From Sedimentisphaerales bacterium (GTDB lineage Bacteria; Planctomycetota; Phycisphaerae; Sedimentisphaerales; Anaerobacaceae), in NCBI GenBank assembly GCA_963708075.1, contig OY970194.1, forward strand, positions 608,001 to 672,000: a DNA stretch of 64,000 bases, in the 5' to 3' direction. Position 1 is the stretch's first letter. Every line of letters starts with the position of its first letter. Positions 39,246 to 49,313 of the stretch are shown one piece after another. Position numbers and translations under genes: made by a program. Under the pieces are notes generated by a model, which worked only from the letters and a program-made list of their open reading frames with translations, searched no databases and had not been told where the DNA came from.

Positions 39246-40286
39246 ATGAGAACGATTGATCTTCGCAGCGATACTGTAACACTTCCCTCGCCGCAGATGC
39301 GGGAGGCGATTCATCACGCCGAGCTTGGGGATGATGTCTTCGGTGAGGACCCCACGGTCAACAGGCTCGAGCAGATGGCCGCGGAGCGGTTTGGCAAGGA
39401 GGCGGCCCTGCTGGTGGTCAGCGGGACGATGGGCAACCTGGTTTCGATCCTGACGCACTGCGGCCGCGGTGACGAGATCATCCTTGGCGACCTCTGCCAC
39501 AGCTTCCTTTACGAGGCGGGTGGAGCGGCCGCGTTGGGCGGCATCCATCCCCGCACTGTCCCTAACCAGCCGGACGGAACCCTGCGCCTGCAGGACATCG
39601 AGGCGGCCATCCGGTCGGACAACGTCCACTTCCCGCGAACCCGCCTGATCTGCCTGGAGAACACGCACAACCGCTGCAGCGGGGCAGTCCTGACTCCCGA
39701 GTACATGACTCAGGTCGGCAATCTGGCGCGGCGTCGCGGCCTCGCCCTGCATCTCGACGGCGCACGCATCTTCCATGCCGCCGTCGCACTGGGCGTCGGC
39801 GTGAGGGAACTGACCCGCGATGCGGATTCGCTCAGTTTCTGTCTGTCCAAGGGTTTGGCTGCACCGGTCGGCTCCGTCATTTGCGGGTCCCGCGAGTTCA
39901 TCGCCGAGGCGCGTCGCACCCGCAAGATCCTAGGAGGCGGCATGCGCCAAGCCGGCATCATCGCCGCCGCGGGCATTGTCGCTCTGACCGAGATGATCGA
40001 CAGACTTCAAGAGGATCACGACAACGCCAGGCGATTGGCTGTGGGGGTCGTCGGCATCGAAGGCCTATCCATCGACCCCGCCCGCGTCCAGACGAATATC
40101 GTCTATTTCGACCTGCTTCGGGACAAGCCGTATGCCGACGAATTTGCGAAGGAAGCCACCCGCCGCGGGCTGAAGATTCTGAGCGTTGGCCCGAACCGCC
40201 TGCGAGCCGTCACGCATTATGGCATAGCGACCGGCGATATCGATGAAGCACTGTCGATCTTGGCGGATACGTGCCGGGCTACGTGA
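39246..40286 (+). CDS. ltaE: Low-specificity L-threonine aldolase
   Basis: IDLRSDTVT, GDDVFGEDPT, SGTMGN, LENTHN, HLDGAR, CLSKGL, GGGMRQAG. Confidence 0.95.
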   Translation: MRTIDLRSDTVTLPSPQMREAIHHAELGDDVFGEDPTVNRLEQMAAERFGKEAALLVVSGTMGNLVSILTHCGRGDEIILGDLCHSFLYEAGGAAALGGIHPRTVPNQPDGTLRLQDIEAAIRSDNVHFPRTRLICLENTHNRCSGAVLTPEYMTQVGNLARRRGLALHLDGARIFHAAVALGVGVRELTRDADSLSFCLSKGLAAPVGSVICGSREFIAEARRTRKILGGGMRQAGIIAAAGIVALTEMIDRLQEDHDNARRLAVGVVGIEGLSIDPARVQTNIVYFDLLRDKPYADEFAKEATRRGLKILSVGPNRLRAVTHYGIATGDIDEALSILADTCRAT

Positions 40287-40337
40287 TCTCATTGAGTGAG
40301 TGGCATCGCAATAGAACACAGAGAGAGGAGTCATGCC

Positions 40338-41534
40338 ATGAAAGCATCTCGATGGATTGCCGTTTTGATCCCTTCCTTTGCAGCCATAGCGCTTGCAACC
40401 CACCTTCTTGGCGCAACTGATATGAGGCTTCCCGGCGCGGGGCGAGTGATTGACGCGTCCGGGTATCCGAGCCTCCAGGCGGCGATCGATGCACTGCCTG
40501 CAACCGGGGGCGTGGTTCGCCTGCCGCCCGGCACGTTTGAGATCGAGGAGCCTCTGAAGATCACCGTCGGCGACGTGCTCATCGAAGGGGCCGGGACGGC
40601 TACGCACATCAAAAACATCAATACCAGCGGCGCCAGTGCGATCATCGTGCAACATCCGAGCGGCGGGGGTGATCGTAAGGCCGAGCTGTGGCGCGTGCGG
40701 CTGGCGGATTTCCGGCTGACCGGCAACGAGAAGAGCGGCCACGGAATCGAGGCTCGCCGCATCAACGAGGTCTTCATTCAGGGCCTCACGGTCAGCTACC
40801 ATGGCGGCGACGGCATCCACCTGCATCATTGCTATGAAGACCCTCGCATCTGTGATTCCCTGATCACGTACAACAAGAAGAGCGGGCTCTACGCCGTCGG
40901 CTGCCATGATGTCGTGGTCGCGGCCAATCAGTTCGAAGAGAACCTCGACGCGGTCCGCTTTGTCGATGGGTTCAACCTGTGCATGACCGGCAACAACATC
41001 GACGATCACCTCCGCGACGGCGTCGTCATCGAGAACACCTACGGCTCCGTGGTCTCGGGCAACATGATCGAGGAGTGCAACGGCACAGCCATCGTCCTGG
41101 ATCGCAACTGCTACGGCATCACCCTCAGCGCCAACGTCATTGCGCACGAGGTGACCGGCGGCATCGACCTGCGGGGCGCTCACGGGTGCACCGTCAGTGC
41201 GAACACGTTCACGATCGTGCAGAGGGACGCCGTCCGCATCGGCCCCGACAGCGGGCGGATCGTCGTCTGCGGCAACAACTTCTCCGACAGCTACATCGGC
41301 GGAGGACAGATCGTGCGTGCGGCGAATGACAGGTCGGCTTCCGGACTGACCCTCGATGGCGCCGCGGACGTGGCCGTCGTCGGAAACCTGTTTTCCTCTC
41401 TCAGACCCAAGGCGTTTGCCGCGGACGGGAAGCAGAGTTCCCGCATCCTGTTTACAGACAATGTCCTCGTCGATGCGCCGGTGGATCGCGAGCGGCTGAA
41501 TCGCTCTATCACCGAAGGCAACTTGTCGGAGTGA
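40338..41534 (+). CDS. Secreted right-handed beta-helix protein
   Basis: GAGGAG SD, signal peptide, 'LQAAIDALPATGGVVRLPPGTF', repeated V.GN.I rungs. Confidence 0.8.
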   Translation: MKASRWIAVLIPSFAAIALATHLLGATDMRLPGAGRVIDASGYPSLQAAIDALPATGGVVRLPPGTFEIEEPLKITVGDVLIEGAGTATHIKNINTSGASAIIVQHPSGGGDRKAELWRVRLADFRLTGNEKSGHGIEARRINEVFIQGLTVSYHGGDGIHLHHCYEDPRICDSLITYNKKSGLYAVGCHDVVVAANQFEENLDAVRFVDGFNLCMTGNNIDDHLRDGVVIENTYGSVVSGNMIEECNGTAIVLDRNCYGITLSANVIAHEVTGGIDLRGAHGCTVSANTFTIVQRDAVRIGPDSGRIVVCGNNFSDSYIGGGQIVRAANDRSASGLTLDGAADVAVVGNLFSSLRPKAFAADGKQSSRILFTDNVLVDAPVDRERLNRSITEGNLSE

Positions 41535-41536
41535 AA

Positions 41537-42721
41537 TCACGTTGCCGGGGTGGCGGTGTCGCCTTTTGGGCTTTCATATACGATCTGTCCGCCGACGATG
41601 GTGGCGTGTACAGAGAGGTCGTTGTCGAGCACCACGAGATCGGCGTCTTTGCCGCTCGATATGGCTCCCTTGGTGTCCGCCAGGCCTAGTATCTCTGCGG
41701 GGTTTCGGGTCGCGGTCTTGATGGCCGTCGCGAGCGGGCAGCCGGTGAAGCGGATGAGACGAGCGAGCATCTGGTTCAGGCCGACGGCTGTCCCGATCAG
41801 TGTGCCGTTCTTGTACCGGGCGGCGCCGTCCTTCGCCTCGTACTCGATGCCGTTGTAGACGTATTGGCCGTCGGGAAGTCCCATCGCCTGCATGCCGTCC
41901 GTGATCGTGATGAAACGCCGGGAAGTTAACGCGTCATACGCAAGCCGGACGACGGACGGGTGGATGTGGACGCCATCGGTGATCACCTGGCACGTGACGT
42001 CGGGCCGCTCGAAGATCGCCGCCAGTGGCCCGGGGGCGCGATGGTGCAGCGAGGGCATGGCGTTGAACAGGTGAGTGACGTGCGCGATACCCGCGTCGAA
42101 ACCCTGCATCGCCTGGTCGTATGTCGCGTTCGAATGTCCGAACGAGGGGATCGTTTTGTGGTCCGCGAGGGCCTTGATGATATCCGGGCCGCCGGGCAGC
42201 TCCGGCGCCACGGTCATCATCCTGAGGCTGCCGCCGAGCAGGGCATAAATGTCGCCCAGGGCGAGCAGCGACGGCCCCGTAATGCACGTCGGCAGGATCA
42301 TGCCCCTCTTTTCGAGGGAGATGAACGGCCCCTCCAGATGCACGCCGAGCAGGTGGGCCCCGCCGAGATCATGGCCGGTGCACTCGGCGGCCACCTCAAG
42401 ATGGCGATTGTCCTGTCCCGGCCGATACACCGTCGTGGCCAGGAAACTCGTCACGCCGAACCGTGCACACGTCCGTGAGATCGTCGTCAGGGCCTCCGGC
42501 GTGGCATCGAGCACATCCGCGCCTCCGGCACCCTGGATATGCACATCGATCAGCCCGGGCGCAAGGATGCGTCCCTGTGCATCCAGCACCTTGTCCGCCT
42601 TCATGTTCTTGGTCGCACGCCCGACACGGGCAACCTTCCCGTCGCGGATAAGGACACAAGAGTCCGCGGTGGTTTCCGTTGCGTCATAGAGTCTGCAATT
42701 CGTAATTAAGAGCGAATCCAT
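41537..42721 (-). CDS. nagA: N-acetylglucosamine-6-phosphate deacetylase
   Basis: PGLIDVHIQG, HLEGPF, TVAPE, GHSNAT, THLFNAM, DGVH, TDGM, NPA. Confidence 0.92.
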   Translation of the reverse strand: MDSLLITNCRLYDATETTADSCVLIRDGKVARVGRATKNMKADKVLDAQGRILAPGLIDVHIQGAGGADVLDATPEALTTISRTCARFGVTSFLATTVYRPGQDNRHLEVAAECTGHDLGGAHLLGVHLEGPFISLEKRGMILPTCITGPSLLALGDIYALLGGSLRMMTVAPELPGGPDIIKALADHKTIPSFGHSNATYDQAMQGFDAGIAHVTHLFNAMPSLHHRAPGPLAAIFERPDVTCQVITDGVHIHPSVVRLAYDALTSRRFITITDGMQAMGLPDGQYVYNGIEYEAKDGAARYKNGTLIGTAVGLNQMLARLIRFTGCPLATAIKTATRNPAEILGLADTKGAISSGKDADLVVLDNDLSVHATIVGGQIVYESPKGDTATPAT

Positions 42722-42824
42722 GCACTACCCATCCAATCTAAGATCAATTCCGACCCGCCGATGTGCGGGTCCATCGACCCGCGCAGGATACGCCATCTGC
42801 GCCCGGCAGGCAAGCCTGCTCTGC

Positions 42825-42930
42825 AATTGACTTTGTTTTTGCCAGGCACACTCCGTAGTCCCCTCCACAACTCTGTCTCCAAACAGCAGTTACTGCTCAT
42901 CCGCCCGCATGCGAATTGGCTTCGTTTTGC
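42825..42930. repeat. Pair of imperfect direct repeats (AATTG.CTT.GTTTT..GC)
   Basis: aattgactttgtttttgc (42825-42842) and aattggcttcgttttgc (42914-42930). Confidence 0.5.
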
Positions 42931-43048
42931 ACGAGGGACCCTGCCTCTAATGGCTTCATGAATCCTGACATGCGGAAGACTGCCGGGGCGGTCACGACTT
43001 ACAGTCACAACAAGACTATGCGTCTGCTCAAGGCGCAGGGGGTTTTGG

Positions 43049-43077
43049 TTGACGATGGGAGGGGTTTGGGCTATCGT
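43049..43077 (+). promoter_or_regulatory. Putative sigma70 promoter of fprA
   Basis: TTGACG-17nt-TATCGT. Confidence 0.5.
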
Positions 43078-43150
43078 ACGAGTATTACGAGGCGGCAGGG
43101 GTCTGAGAGATGGCAGATGCAGGATGGTTTGTGAAAGGGGAGGTAGTAGT

Positions 43151-44350
43151 GTGCAGAACGGGATACCCATAGTCAAGGATGTCTATTGGGTTGGTGTGAA
43201 TGACCGTCTCACACCATTATTCGAGGCTATCTGGCCCATTCCACGGGGGATTTCCTACAACTCCTATCTCATCCTCGACGAGAAAGTCGCGTTGATCGAT
43301 GCGATCAAGGACCAGTCGGCCTACGGGTATCTAAGGAAGCTCAAGCGTCTGCTCGGGCCGGGGCGGGGAATCGATTATCTCGTGGTCAATCACATCGAGC
43401 CGGACCACTCCGGCACCGTGCCCATCCTGAAGGAGGCCTTTCCGGCGATGCAGGTCGTGGGCAACCGCAAGACGGCCGAGTTCGTCAAGGACTTGTACGG
43501 GACCGGGGACACCCGGGTGGTTCAGGATGGCGAGGAGATCGATCTGGGCCGGCACAAGCTGCGATTCCTCCTGACGCCCATGGTGCACTGGCCGGAAACG
43601 ATGATGACCTTCGAGGCGGCGGACGGCATCCTGTTCTCGGGCGACGCGTTCGGTGGGTTCGGCACGCTCGAAGGCGGCATCTTTGACGACGAGGTGGACA
43701 TCCACTATTTCGAGGACGAAATCCTGCGGTACTTCTCGAACATCATTGGCAAGTACTCGCCGATGGTGCAGAAGGCCATCCAGAAGGTCGGCAGCCTGGA
43801 TATCAAGGTCGTTGCCTCCGCCCATGGTCCTATCTGGCGAAGCCAGCCCCGGCACATCATCGACTATTACGACCGTTGGAGCCGGCAGGAGACCGAGCCG
43901 GGCGTCGTCGTGGCGTTCGGCTCGATGTACGGCGCGACGGCGAGGATGGCGGAAGCGGTCGAGCGTGGCGTCGCCGATGGCGGCGTCAGAACCATCCGCG
44001 CCCACGATGTCTCGAAGAGCCACGCATCCTATATCATTCGTGACGCGTGGCGATACAAGGGCCTCGTTCTGGGCAGCCCGACGTATGACACCGGCGTGTT
44101 CCCGCTGATGGACACGTTGCTCAGGTCGCTCAGCGGCAAGCGGCTCATGAACCGCGTGGTCGGCATCTTCGGCAGCTACGGCTGGTCCGCCGGCGCGGTC
44201 AAAGGCTTGCGGGACTTCGTTGAGCAGAATAAGCTGGAGCTGGTCGAGCCAGTGGTAGAGGCCAAGTTTACCGCGACGCCGGAACAGTTGGAGCAATGTC
44301 ACGCCCTGGGCCGGGCGATGGCCGAACGCGTCCGCCGGGAGAGCCCGTGA
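43151..44350 (+). CDS. fprA: Flavodiiron protein (FprA, O2/NO reductase)
   Basis: YNSYLI, NHIEPDHSG, PMVHWPE, FSGDAFG, HGPIW, flavodoxin SMYGAT; GGGAGG SD before GTG. Confidence 0.92.
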   Translation: MQNGIPIVKDVYWVGVNDRLTPLFEAIWPIPRGISYNSYLILDEKVALIDAIKDQSAYGYLRKLKRLLGPGRGIDYLVVNHIEPDHSGTVPILKEAFPAMQVVGNRKTAEFVKDLYGTGDTRVVQDGEEIDLGRHKLRFLLTPMVHWPETMMTFEAADGILFSGDAFGGFGTLEGGIFDDEVDIHYFEDEILRYFSNIIGKYSPMVQKAIQKVGSLDIKVVASAHGPIWRSQPRHIIDYYDRWSRQETEPGVVVAFGSMYGATARMAEAVERGVADGGVRTIRAHDVSKSHASYIIRDAWRYKGLVLGSPTYDTGVFPLMDTLLRSLSGKRLMNRVVGIFGSYGWSAGAVKGLRDFVEQNKLELVEPVVEAKFTATPEQLEQCHALGRAMAERVRRESP

Positions 44351-44351
44351 C

Positions 44352-44386
44352 CATTGATGATTGATAATTGATGATGGATGATTTAT
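44352..44386. repeat. Heptamer array (GATTGAT)n overlapping the argH start
   Basis: cattgat gattgat aattgat gatggat gatttat(G). Confidence 0.8.
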
Positions 44387-45773
44387 GACGGATACGCAGA
44401 GAAGCTGGGAGAAACGTCTGGCCGCCAAGCCGGACGAGTTGACGGTCGATTACGTTGAATCCCTGTCCTACGACAAGCGATTGTACAAGTATGACATTGT
44501 CGGCTCCATCGCTCATGCGACGATGCTCGCGGAACAGAAGTTCATCACGCAGCCGGAGCTCAAGGCCATCAAGGATGGGCTCGTCGCAATCAGCGAGGAC
44601 ATCGAGGCGGGGCGATTCGAGTTCGACAAGTCGTGCGAGGATATTCACATGGCCATCGAGGCGGCCCTGATCAAGCGGATCGGCGAGCCGGGACAAAAGT
44701 TGCACACCGCCCGCAGCCGCAATGATCAGGTCGCCACCGACATCCGCCTGTGGCTGCGCGACGAGATCGAGACCATGCAGGCCAAGATCGTCGCCCTGCA
44801 GAATGCCTTCGTGCAACTGGCGGGCAAGCACACGGAGGACCTGATGCCCGCATATACGCACATGCAGCGGGCACAGCCCGTCGTCATCGCCGCTTACCTG
44901 CTGAGCTTCGTCGAGCAGCTCGAGCGTGACTTCATGCGGCTGCGGAACTGCCGCAGCCTCCTGAATGCCTCGCCGCTCGGCGCCGGGGCCATTGCGGGCT
45001 CGACGCTGGCCATCGACAGGGAGAGCACGAGCCGGCAGCTTGGCTTTATCGATATCGTGTACAACAGCATCGATGCCGTTAGTGACCGCGATTTCTGCGC
45101 TGAATTCATCTTCGATTGCGCCCTCATGGCGGCGCACGTGTCACGGTTCGCCGAGGACTGGATCATCTTCTCCACGAACGAGTTCGCGTTCATCCGGATC
45201 GATGATGCGTTCTGCACATCGTCGAGCATGATGCCCCAGAAGCGAAACCCGGACGTGCTGGAGCTCATGCGGGCCAAGACGGGCAGCGTGTACGGGGCAT
45301 TGATGGCTATGCTCACGATCCTCAAAGGCCAGCCTTCCGGCTACAATCGCGACCTGCAGGAGGACAAGATCCACGTCTTCTCGACCGCCGACACGATGGA
45401 GAAATCGCTCGGTATCGCCGCGGCGGTGGTCTCTCATACGACATTCAACACCGGGCAGATTGTCGCCGGCATGGATGATGGCTTCCTCGACGCCACGGCG
45501 TTGGCCGAGTACCTCGTGGGCAGGGGAGTGCCCTTCCGCAAGGCCCACGGCATTGTCGGGACCCTTGTCGCCTGCTGCGAGAAGGAGAATAAGTCGCTGG
45601 CCGAGCTATCCTTGGATCAACTCAAGGAATATTCGCCCGCCATCAACAGTGATGTGTATGACTACCTCGGCGCCCGGAACGTCGTACGGCGCTACGTTTC
45701 CGCCGGCGCGGGTGGGCCAGAGCAAGTACGGCAGCAAATCGAGTTTTGGAAGAAGCACCTGGCAAAGCAATGA
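44385..45773 (+). CDS. argH: Argininosuccinate lyase
   Basis: EDIH, ARSRNDQV, YTHMQRAQP, SSMMPQKRNPD, YNRDLQEDK. Confidence 0.96.
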   Translation: MTDTQRSWEKRLAAKPDELTVDYVESLSYDKRLYKYDIVGSIAHATMLAEQKFITQPELKAIKDGLVAISEDIEAGRFEFDKSCEDIHMAIEAALIKRIGEPGQKLHTARSRNDQVATDIRLWLRDEIETMQAKIVALQNAFVQLAGKHTEDLMPAYTHMQRAQPVVIAAYLLSFVEQLERDFMRLRNCRSLLNASPLGAGAIAGSTLAIDRESTSRQLGFIDIVYNSIDAVSDRDFCAEFIFDCALMAAHVSRFAEDWIIFSTNEFAFIRIDDAFCTSSSMMPQKRNPDVLELMRAKTGSVYGALMAMLTILKGQPSGYNRDLQEDKIHVFSTADTMEKSLGIAAAVVSHTTFNTGQIVAGMDDGFLDATALAEYLVGRGVPFRKAHGIVGTLVACCEKENKSLAELSLDQLKEYSPAINSDVYDYLGARNVVRRYVSAGAGGPEQVRQQIEFWKKHLAKQ

Positions 45774-46699
45774 GTCCCACCGAAGATGAAATCACAGGGT
45801 GGTTCGCCCGGCAGAGGCCTCTCCCGCCTGCGATGTACCCGATTGGCATCGGCGACGACATGGCCCAAATTGCCCTCGCGCATGGGGCTTCGGTCCTCAT
45901 CACGACGGATATGCTCCTCGACGGCACGCATTTCGACCTGCGGACGGCGACGCTGCACCAGGTGGGTTACAAATCCATGGCGGCCAGTCTGAGCGACTGT
46001 GCGGCGATGGCGACGATTCCGCTGGCTGCTGTAGCGGCCGTCGGGTTGCCTCGTGACTTCAGCGAGCGGCAGTTGAAGGAATTGCACGCGGGCATCCTGT
46101 CGGCGGCTGACAAATATGATTGTCCGCTTGTGGGCGGCGACATCACGGCTTGGAAAAACGATGGGCCGTTCGCAATTTGCGTCTCCATGCTGAGCAGGCC
46201 GGGTGAAAATACTCCCGTTCGCCGCAACGGAGCCCGCGTGGGGGACGCCATCTGCGTGACCGGCTCACTGGGCGGCTCAGGCCGACGCAGGCATCTTGAA
46301 TTTGAGCCGCGGGTGCGAGAGGCCTTGAAACTGACCAGCCTGGTTACTCTGAACTCGATGATGGATCTCAGCGACGGGCTCAGCAGCGATCTGAATCGAA
46401 TCTGTCACCAGAGCGGGGTCGGGGCCCTGATCGACGCGGCCTCGGTCCCGATCTCCGACGATGCGAAATTGGAGGTCGATCCGCTGAACGCTGCGCTGAA
46501 CGAGGGGGAGGATTTCGAATTGCTCTTCACGTTGGCGCCGGCACAGTGGGGCAAGCTGCAAAGGGTGTGGGATGAACCCGTGCCGATCACGCAGGTCGGC
46601 ACGACTACGAACACCGGGCGGATGCAGATCCGGATGCCGGATGGGCAAATCAACGACCTTGAGCCGCACGGCTACGAGCATCTGCAGAGGCGGGCATAA
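45770..46699 (+). CDS. thiL: Thiamine-monophosphate kinase
   Basis: GIGDD, TTDMLLDGTHF, LSDCAAM, GGD, DLSDGL, GEDFELLFT. Confidence 0.92.
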   Translation: MSPTEDEITGWFARQRPLPPAMYPIGIGDDMAQIALAHGASVLITTDMLLDGTHFDLRTATLHQVGYKSMAASLSDCAAMATIPLAAVAAVGLPRDFSERQLKELHAGILSAADKYDCPLVGGDITAWKNDGPFAICVSMLSRPGENTPVRRNGARVGDAICVTGSLGGSGRRRHLEFEPRVREALKLTSLVTLNSMMDLSDGLSSDLNRICHQSGVGALIDAASVPISDDAKLEVDPLNAALNEGEDFELLFTLAPAQWGKLQRVWDEPVPITQVGTTTNTGRMQIRMPDGQINDLEPHGYEHLQRRA

Positions 46700-46725
46700 G
46701 AGAACAGAATCTGGAGGCTTGAATC

Positions 46726-48423
46726 GTGGGAAAGCATGTGATGGCCGCATTCATCGTATTGGTGTGTGTCGCAATCGCGGGCGGTGCGGAGAAGCTGGAT
46801 CGCGGGCTGGTTGCACTGCCGCGCGAGGATGGCTCTGTTTTCCTGAGCTGGCGGTTGCTCAAGGACGACCCGGCGGATATCGCGTTCAAGGTTGCCCGCA
46901 TGGACGGTGAGGGCGCCGGCGCACCTCGTGTCTTTCTGACGGATGAGGAATATCGGCCGACCTGCTTTGTGGATGCGAAGCCCACCGGCAAGCCATGCAC
47001 GTATGCGATCTACGTGTGCACCGGCCAGCAGTGTTCCATCAAGCCTGATGCGATGGTTCGCGTTACGCCGTCAAGCCCCGCGAAGCCGTACCTTCGCATC
47101 CCTCTCGGCGGCGACTATGATTTTCAAAAGGTCGGGGTGGGCGACCTGAATGGCGACGGCTCACTGGAGTACCTGATCAAGCAGCCGGATTTCAACACGG
47201 ACCCGTACCAGCGGCCGGGCTACTGGAAGCCGAGCACGACGACGTACAAGATCGAGGCATACCGGCTCGACGGCACGATGATGTGGCGCTACGACATGGG
47301 CTGGTCCATCGAGGCGGGCATCTGGTATTCGCCGTGGGTGATCTACGACGTCGATGGGGACGGCAAGGCCGAGGTGTACTGCAAGGCGGGGGAGGGCGAC
47401 CCCCGTGACGAGAAGGGGCTCGTGCAGACGGGGCCCGAGTACTTAGTGAAACTGGATGGCCAGACCGGCCACGTCGTCGCCAAAACGCCGTGGCTGAGTA
47501 AGGAGGGGTTCACCGACTACAACTACTATTGCCGCAACTTTCTCGCCGTGGCGTACCTGGACGGCAAGACCCCCTCGCTGATCATGCAGCGGGGGACATA
47601 CCAGATCATCAAGACGCAGGCACTGAACAAGGACCTGAATAATATCTGGTACTGGGACTCGACGCAGGAACAGAAGAAGTATTCCGGGCAGGGCTCTCAC
47701 GGCCTGATCACGGCCGATATCGACCGCGACGGGCGCGATGAGCTGGTCATCGGCGGCGCCGTGCTCGGCGAAACAGGGCATGGGCTCTGGAGCCTGGAGA
47801 AGGGGCACCCGGATATCTGCTATGTAGCTGATATCAATCCAGAAAATCCTGGATTGGAAATCTTCTATGGTTTCGAGTCGAAGCAGAAGACGGACGGCAT
47901 TTGCGTGGTCGATGCGGCGACGGGCCGCAAGCTCTGGGCGAACAAGGAGCCGACGTCTCATCTCCACGGCCAGGGTATGGCGGGCGACATCCTCGCGGAC
48001 CACGCGGGCATGGAGGTCCTCGCGGGTGAGCGCGATTTTCCGAAACGATGGCTGTACAGCGCTTCCGGCGACCTGATTGCGTTTCTGGAGAAGGAATCGC
48101 TGACGCCTCGCCCGGTCTGGTGGGATGCAGACCCGCAAAAGGAAGTAATCACCGGCAAAGCGATTCAGGATTGGGGCGGGCAGGTCATCCAGCCGATCGA
48201 GGGACGCGTGATTGCCGTGATGGACTGCCTGGGCGACTACCGCGAGGAAGTCATCACTTGCGTGCGGGGAGAGCTGCGCATTTATTCGACTACGCTCCCT
48301 GTGCAGGATCGCCGGACTTGTCTTCTGCAGGACCACCAGTACCGCATGGGCGTCGTCGCGCAGACGATGGGCTACTATTATCCGGCCCAACTCGGCGAGC
48401 CGACGCAGAATAGGCCCCGGTGA
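46726..48423 (+). CDS. Rhamnogalacturonan lyase (PL11/YesW-like) beta-propeller protein
   Basis: EKLDRGLVA, VFLSWRLL, VGDLNGDG, YDVDGDGKAEV, AYLDG, QGSH, GDYREEV, LLQDHQYR. Confidence 0.8.
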   Translation: MGKHVMAAFIVLVCVAIAGGAEKLDRGLVALPREDGSVFLSWRLLKDDPADIAFKVARMDGEGAGAPRVFLTDEEYRPTCFVDAKPTGKPCTYAIYVCTGQQCSIKPDAMVRVTPSSPAKPYLRIPLGGDYDFQKVGVGDLNGDGSLEYLIKQPDFNTDPYQRPGYWKPSTTTYKIEAYRLDGTMMWRYDMGWSIEAGIWYSPWVIYDVDGDGKAEVYCKAGEGDPRDEKGLVQTGPEYLVKLDGQTGHVVAKTPWLSKEGFTDYNYYCRNFLAVAYLDGKTPSLIMQRGTYQIIKTQALNKDLNNIWYWDSTQEQKKYSGQGSHGLITADIDRDGRDELVIGGAVLGETGHGLWSLEKGHPDICYVADINPENPGLEIFYGFESKQKTDGICVVDAATGRKLWANKEPTSHLHGQGMAGDILADHAGMEVLAGERDFPKRWLYSASGDLIAFLEKESLTPRPVWWDADPQKEVITGKAIQDWGGQVIQPIEGRVIAVMDCLGDYREEVITCVRGELRIYSTTLPVQDRRTCLLQDHQYRMGVVAQTMGYYYPAQLGEPTQNRPR

Positions 48424-48432
48424 GATGTCGCC

Positions 48433-48882
48433 ATGGAATTGACCCTCACATCGAATTCGCCGGAACAGACCGTGGAGCTGGGCCGCAGGATCGGCAGCCA
48501 GCTCCGGGGCGGGGAGGTGTTTGCCATTTATGGCCCTCTCGGCAGCGGGAAAACGCGCCTGATCAAGGGAATCGCCACGGGGGCCGGCGCGGAAGACCTC
48601 AGAAACGTTACCAGCCCCACATTCGTGCTCGTCAACGAGTACGAAGGGCGATTCGATATCTATCATATCGATGCCTACCGCCTCGATTCCCTCGCGGAAT
48701 TCGAGATGCTCGGCTTCGACGATTTCTGCTACCCGCAATCGGTGGTCTTGATCGAATGGGCGGATAAAATCGAGCCTGCCATCTGTAATATCGACTTCAT
48801 TCGCATCGAGCTGGCCCATGCCGGCGAACATACGCGGACCATCCGCATCCGGAACCTGCCACCCTATATCCGCATGGATTAA
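48433..48882 (+). CDS. tsaE: tRNA threonylcarbamoyladenosine biosynthesis ATPase
   Basis: GPLGSGKT, VTSPTF, YHIDAYRL, IEWA. Confidence 0.95.
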   Translation: MELTLTSNSPEQTVELGRRIGSQLRGGEVFAIYGPLGSGKTRLIKGIATGAGAEDLRNVTSPTFVLVNEYEGRFDIYHIDAYRLDSLAEFEMLGFDDFCYPQSVVLIEWADKIEPAICNIDFIRIELAHAGEHTRTIRIRNLPPYIRMD

Positions 48883-49313
48883 GCCTCCACAGGGTGAAAA
48901 AGCGGCGCGCATAACATCGCGTGCAGTTGCGCAAATTCATGTGCCTCGGATGGCCACGCTTCGCTCACTATGACATGTGCGGGATCCACCTGCACATTTT
49001 TTTTGTTGCGCCGTTTTGCATGTGTCATTGCGTTTCATATAGTTTGCTTGGACTGAACAGGAGCCGCAGATAACGTAGTCTGGTCTATATCCGGACTGCA
49101 AATTACAAGGCTCCAGAGTACTGCAAGAAACACAAATTGATGAAGTAGCGTCAGTGGGATTCATGTCATATTTGCGTCATTTTGGAGGACCCGCGGCTCA
49201 CGCAAAAGCAATCAAGTAGCACATCGATTCAGTCGATACTGCGAGTGGTAAAAAGTAGCTCTTTGTCCTAAACCAAATTCACGAATTCATTTCTCACACT
49301 GAGGAGAACACAA

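Noticed and set aside
42706..43176. 156-aa ORF in the nagA-fprA gap
   Set aside because: No motifs; it overlaps the fprA promoter and start and spans the repeat remnant
49195..49280. c-di-GMP-I (GEMM) riboswitch upstream of the major pilin (ACGCAAAAGC ... CCTAAACC)
   Set aside because: The two sub-motifs are about 60 nt apart and the GCAAA/GAAA P2 stem is missing; an Rfam scan would be needed to exclude it formally
48883..49313. AT-richer segment as an island boundary or att site
   Set aside because: No tRNA, integrase or flanking direct repeat was seen; consistent with a regulatory region for the pilin gene
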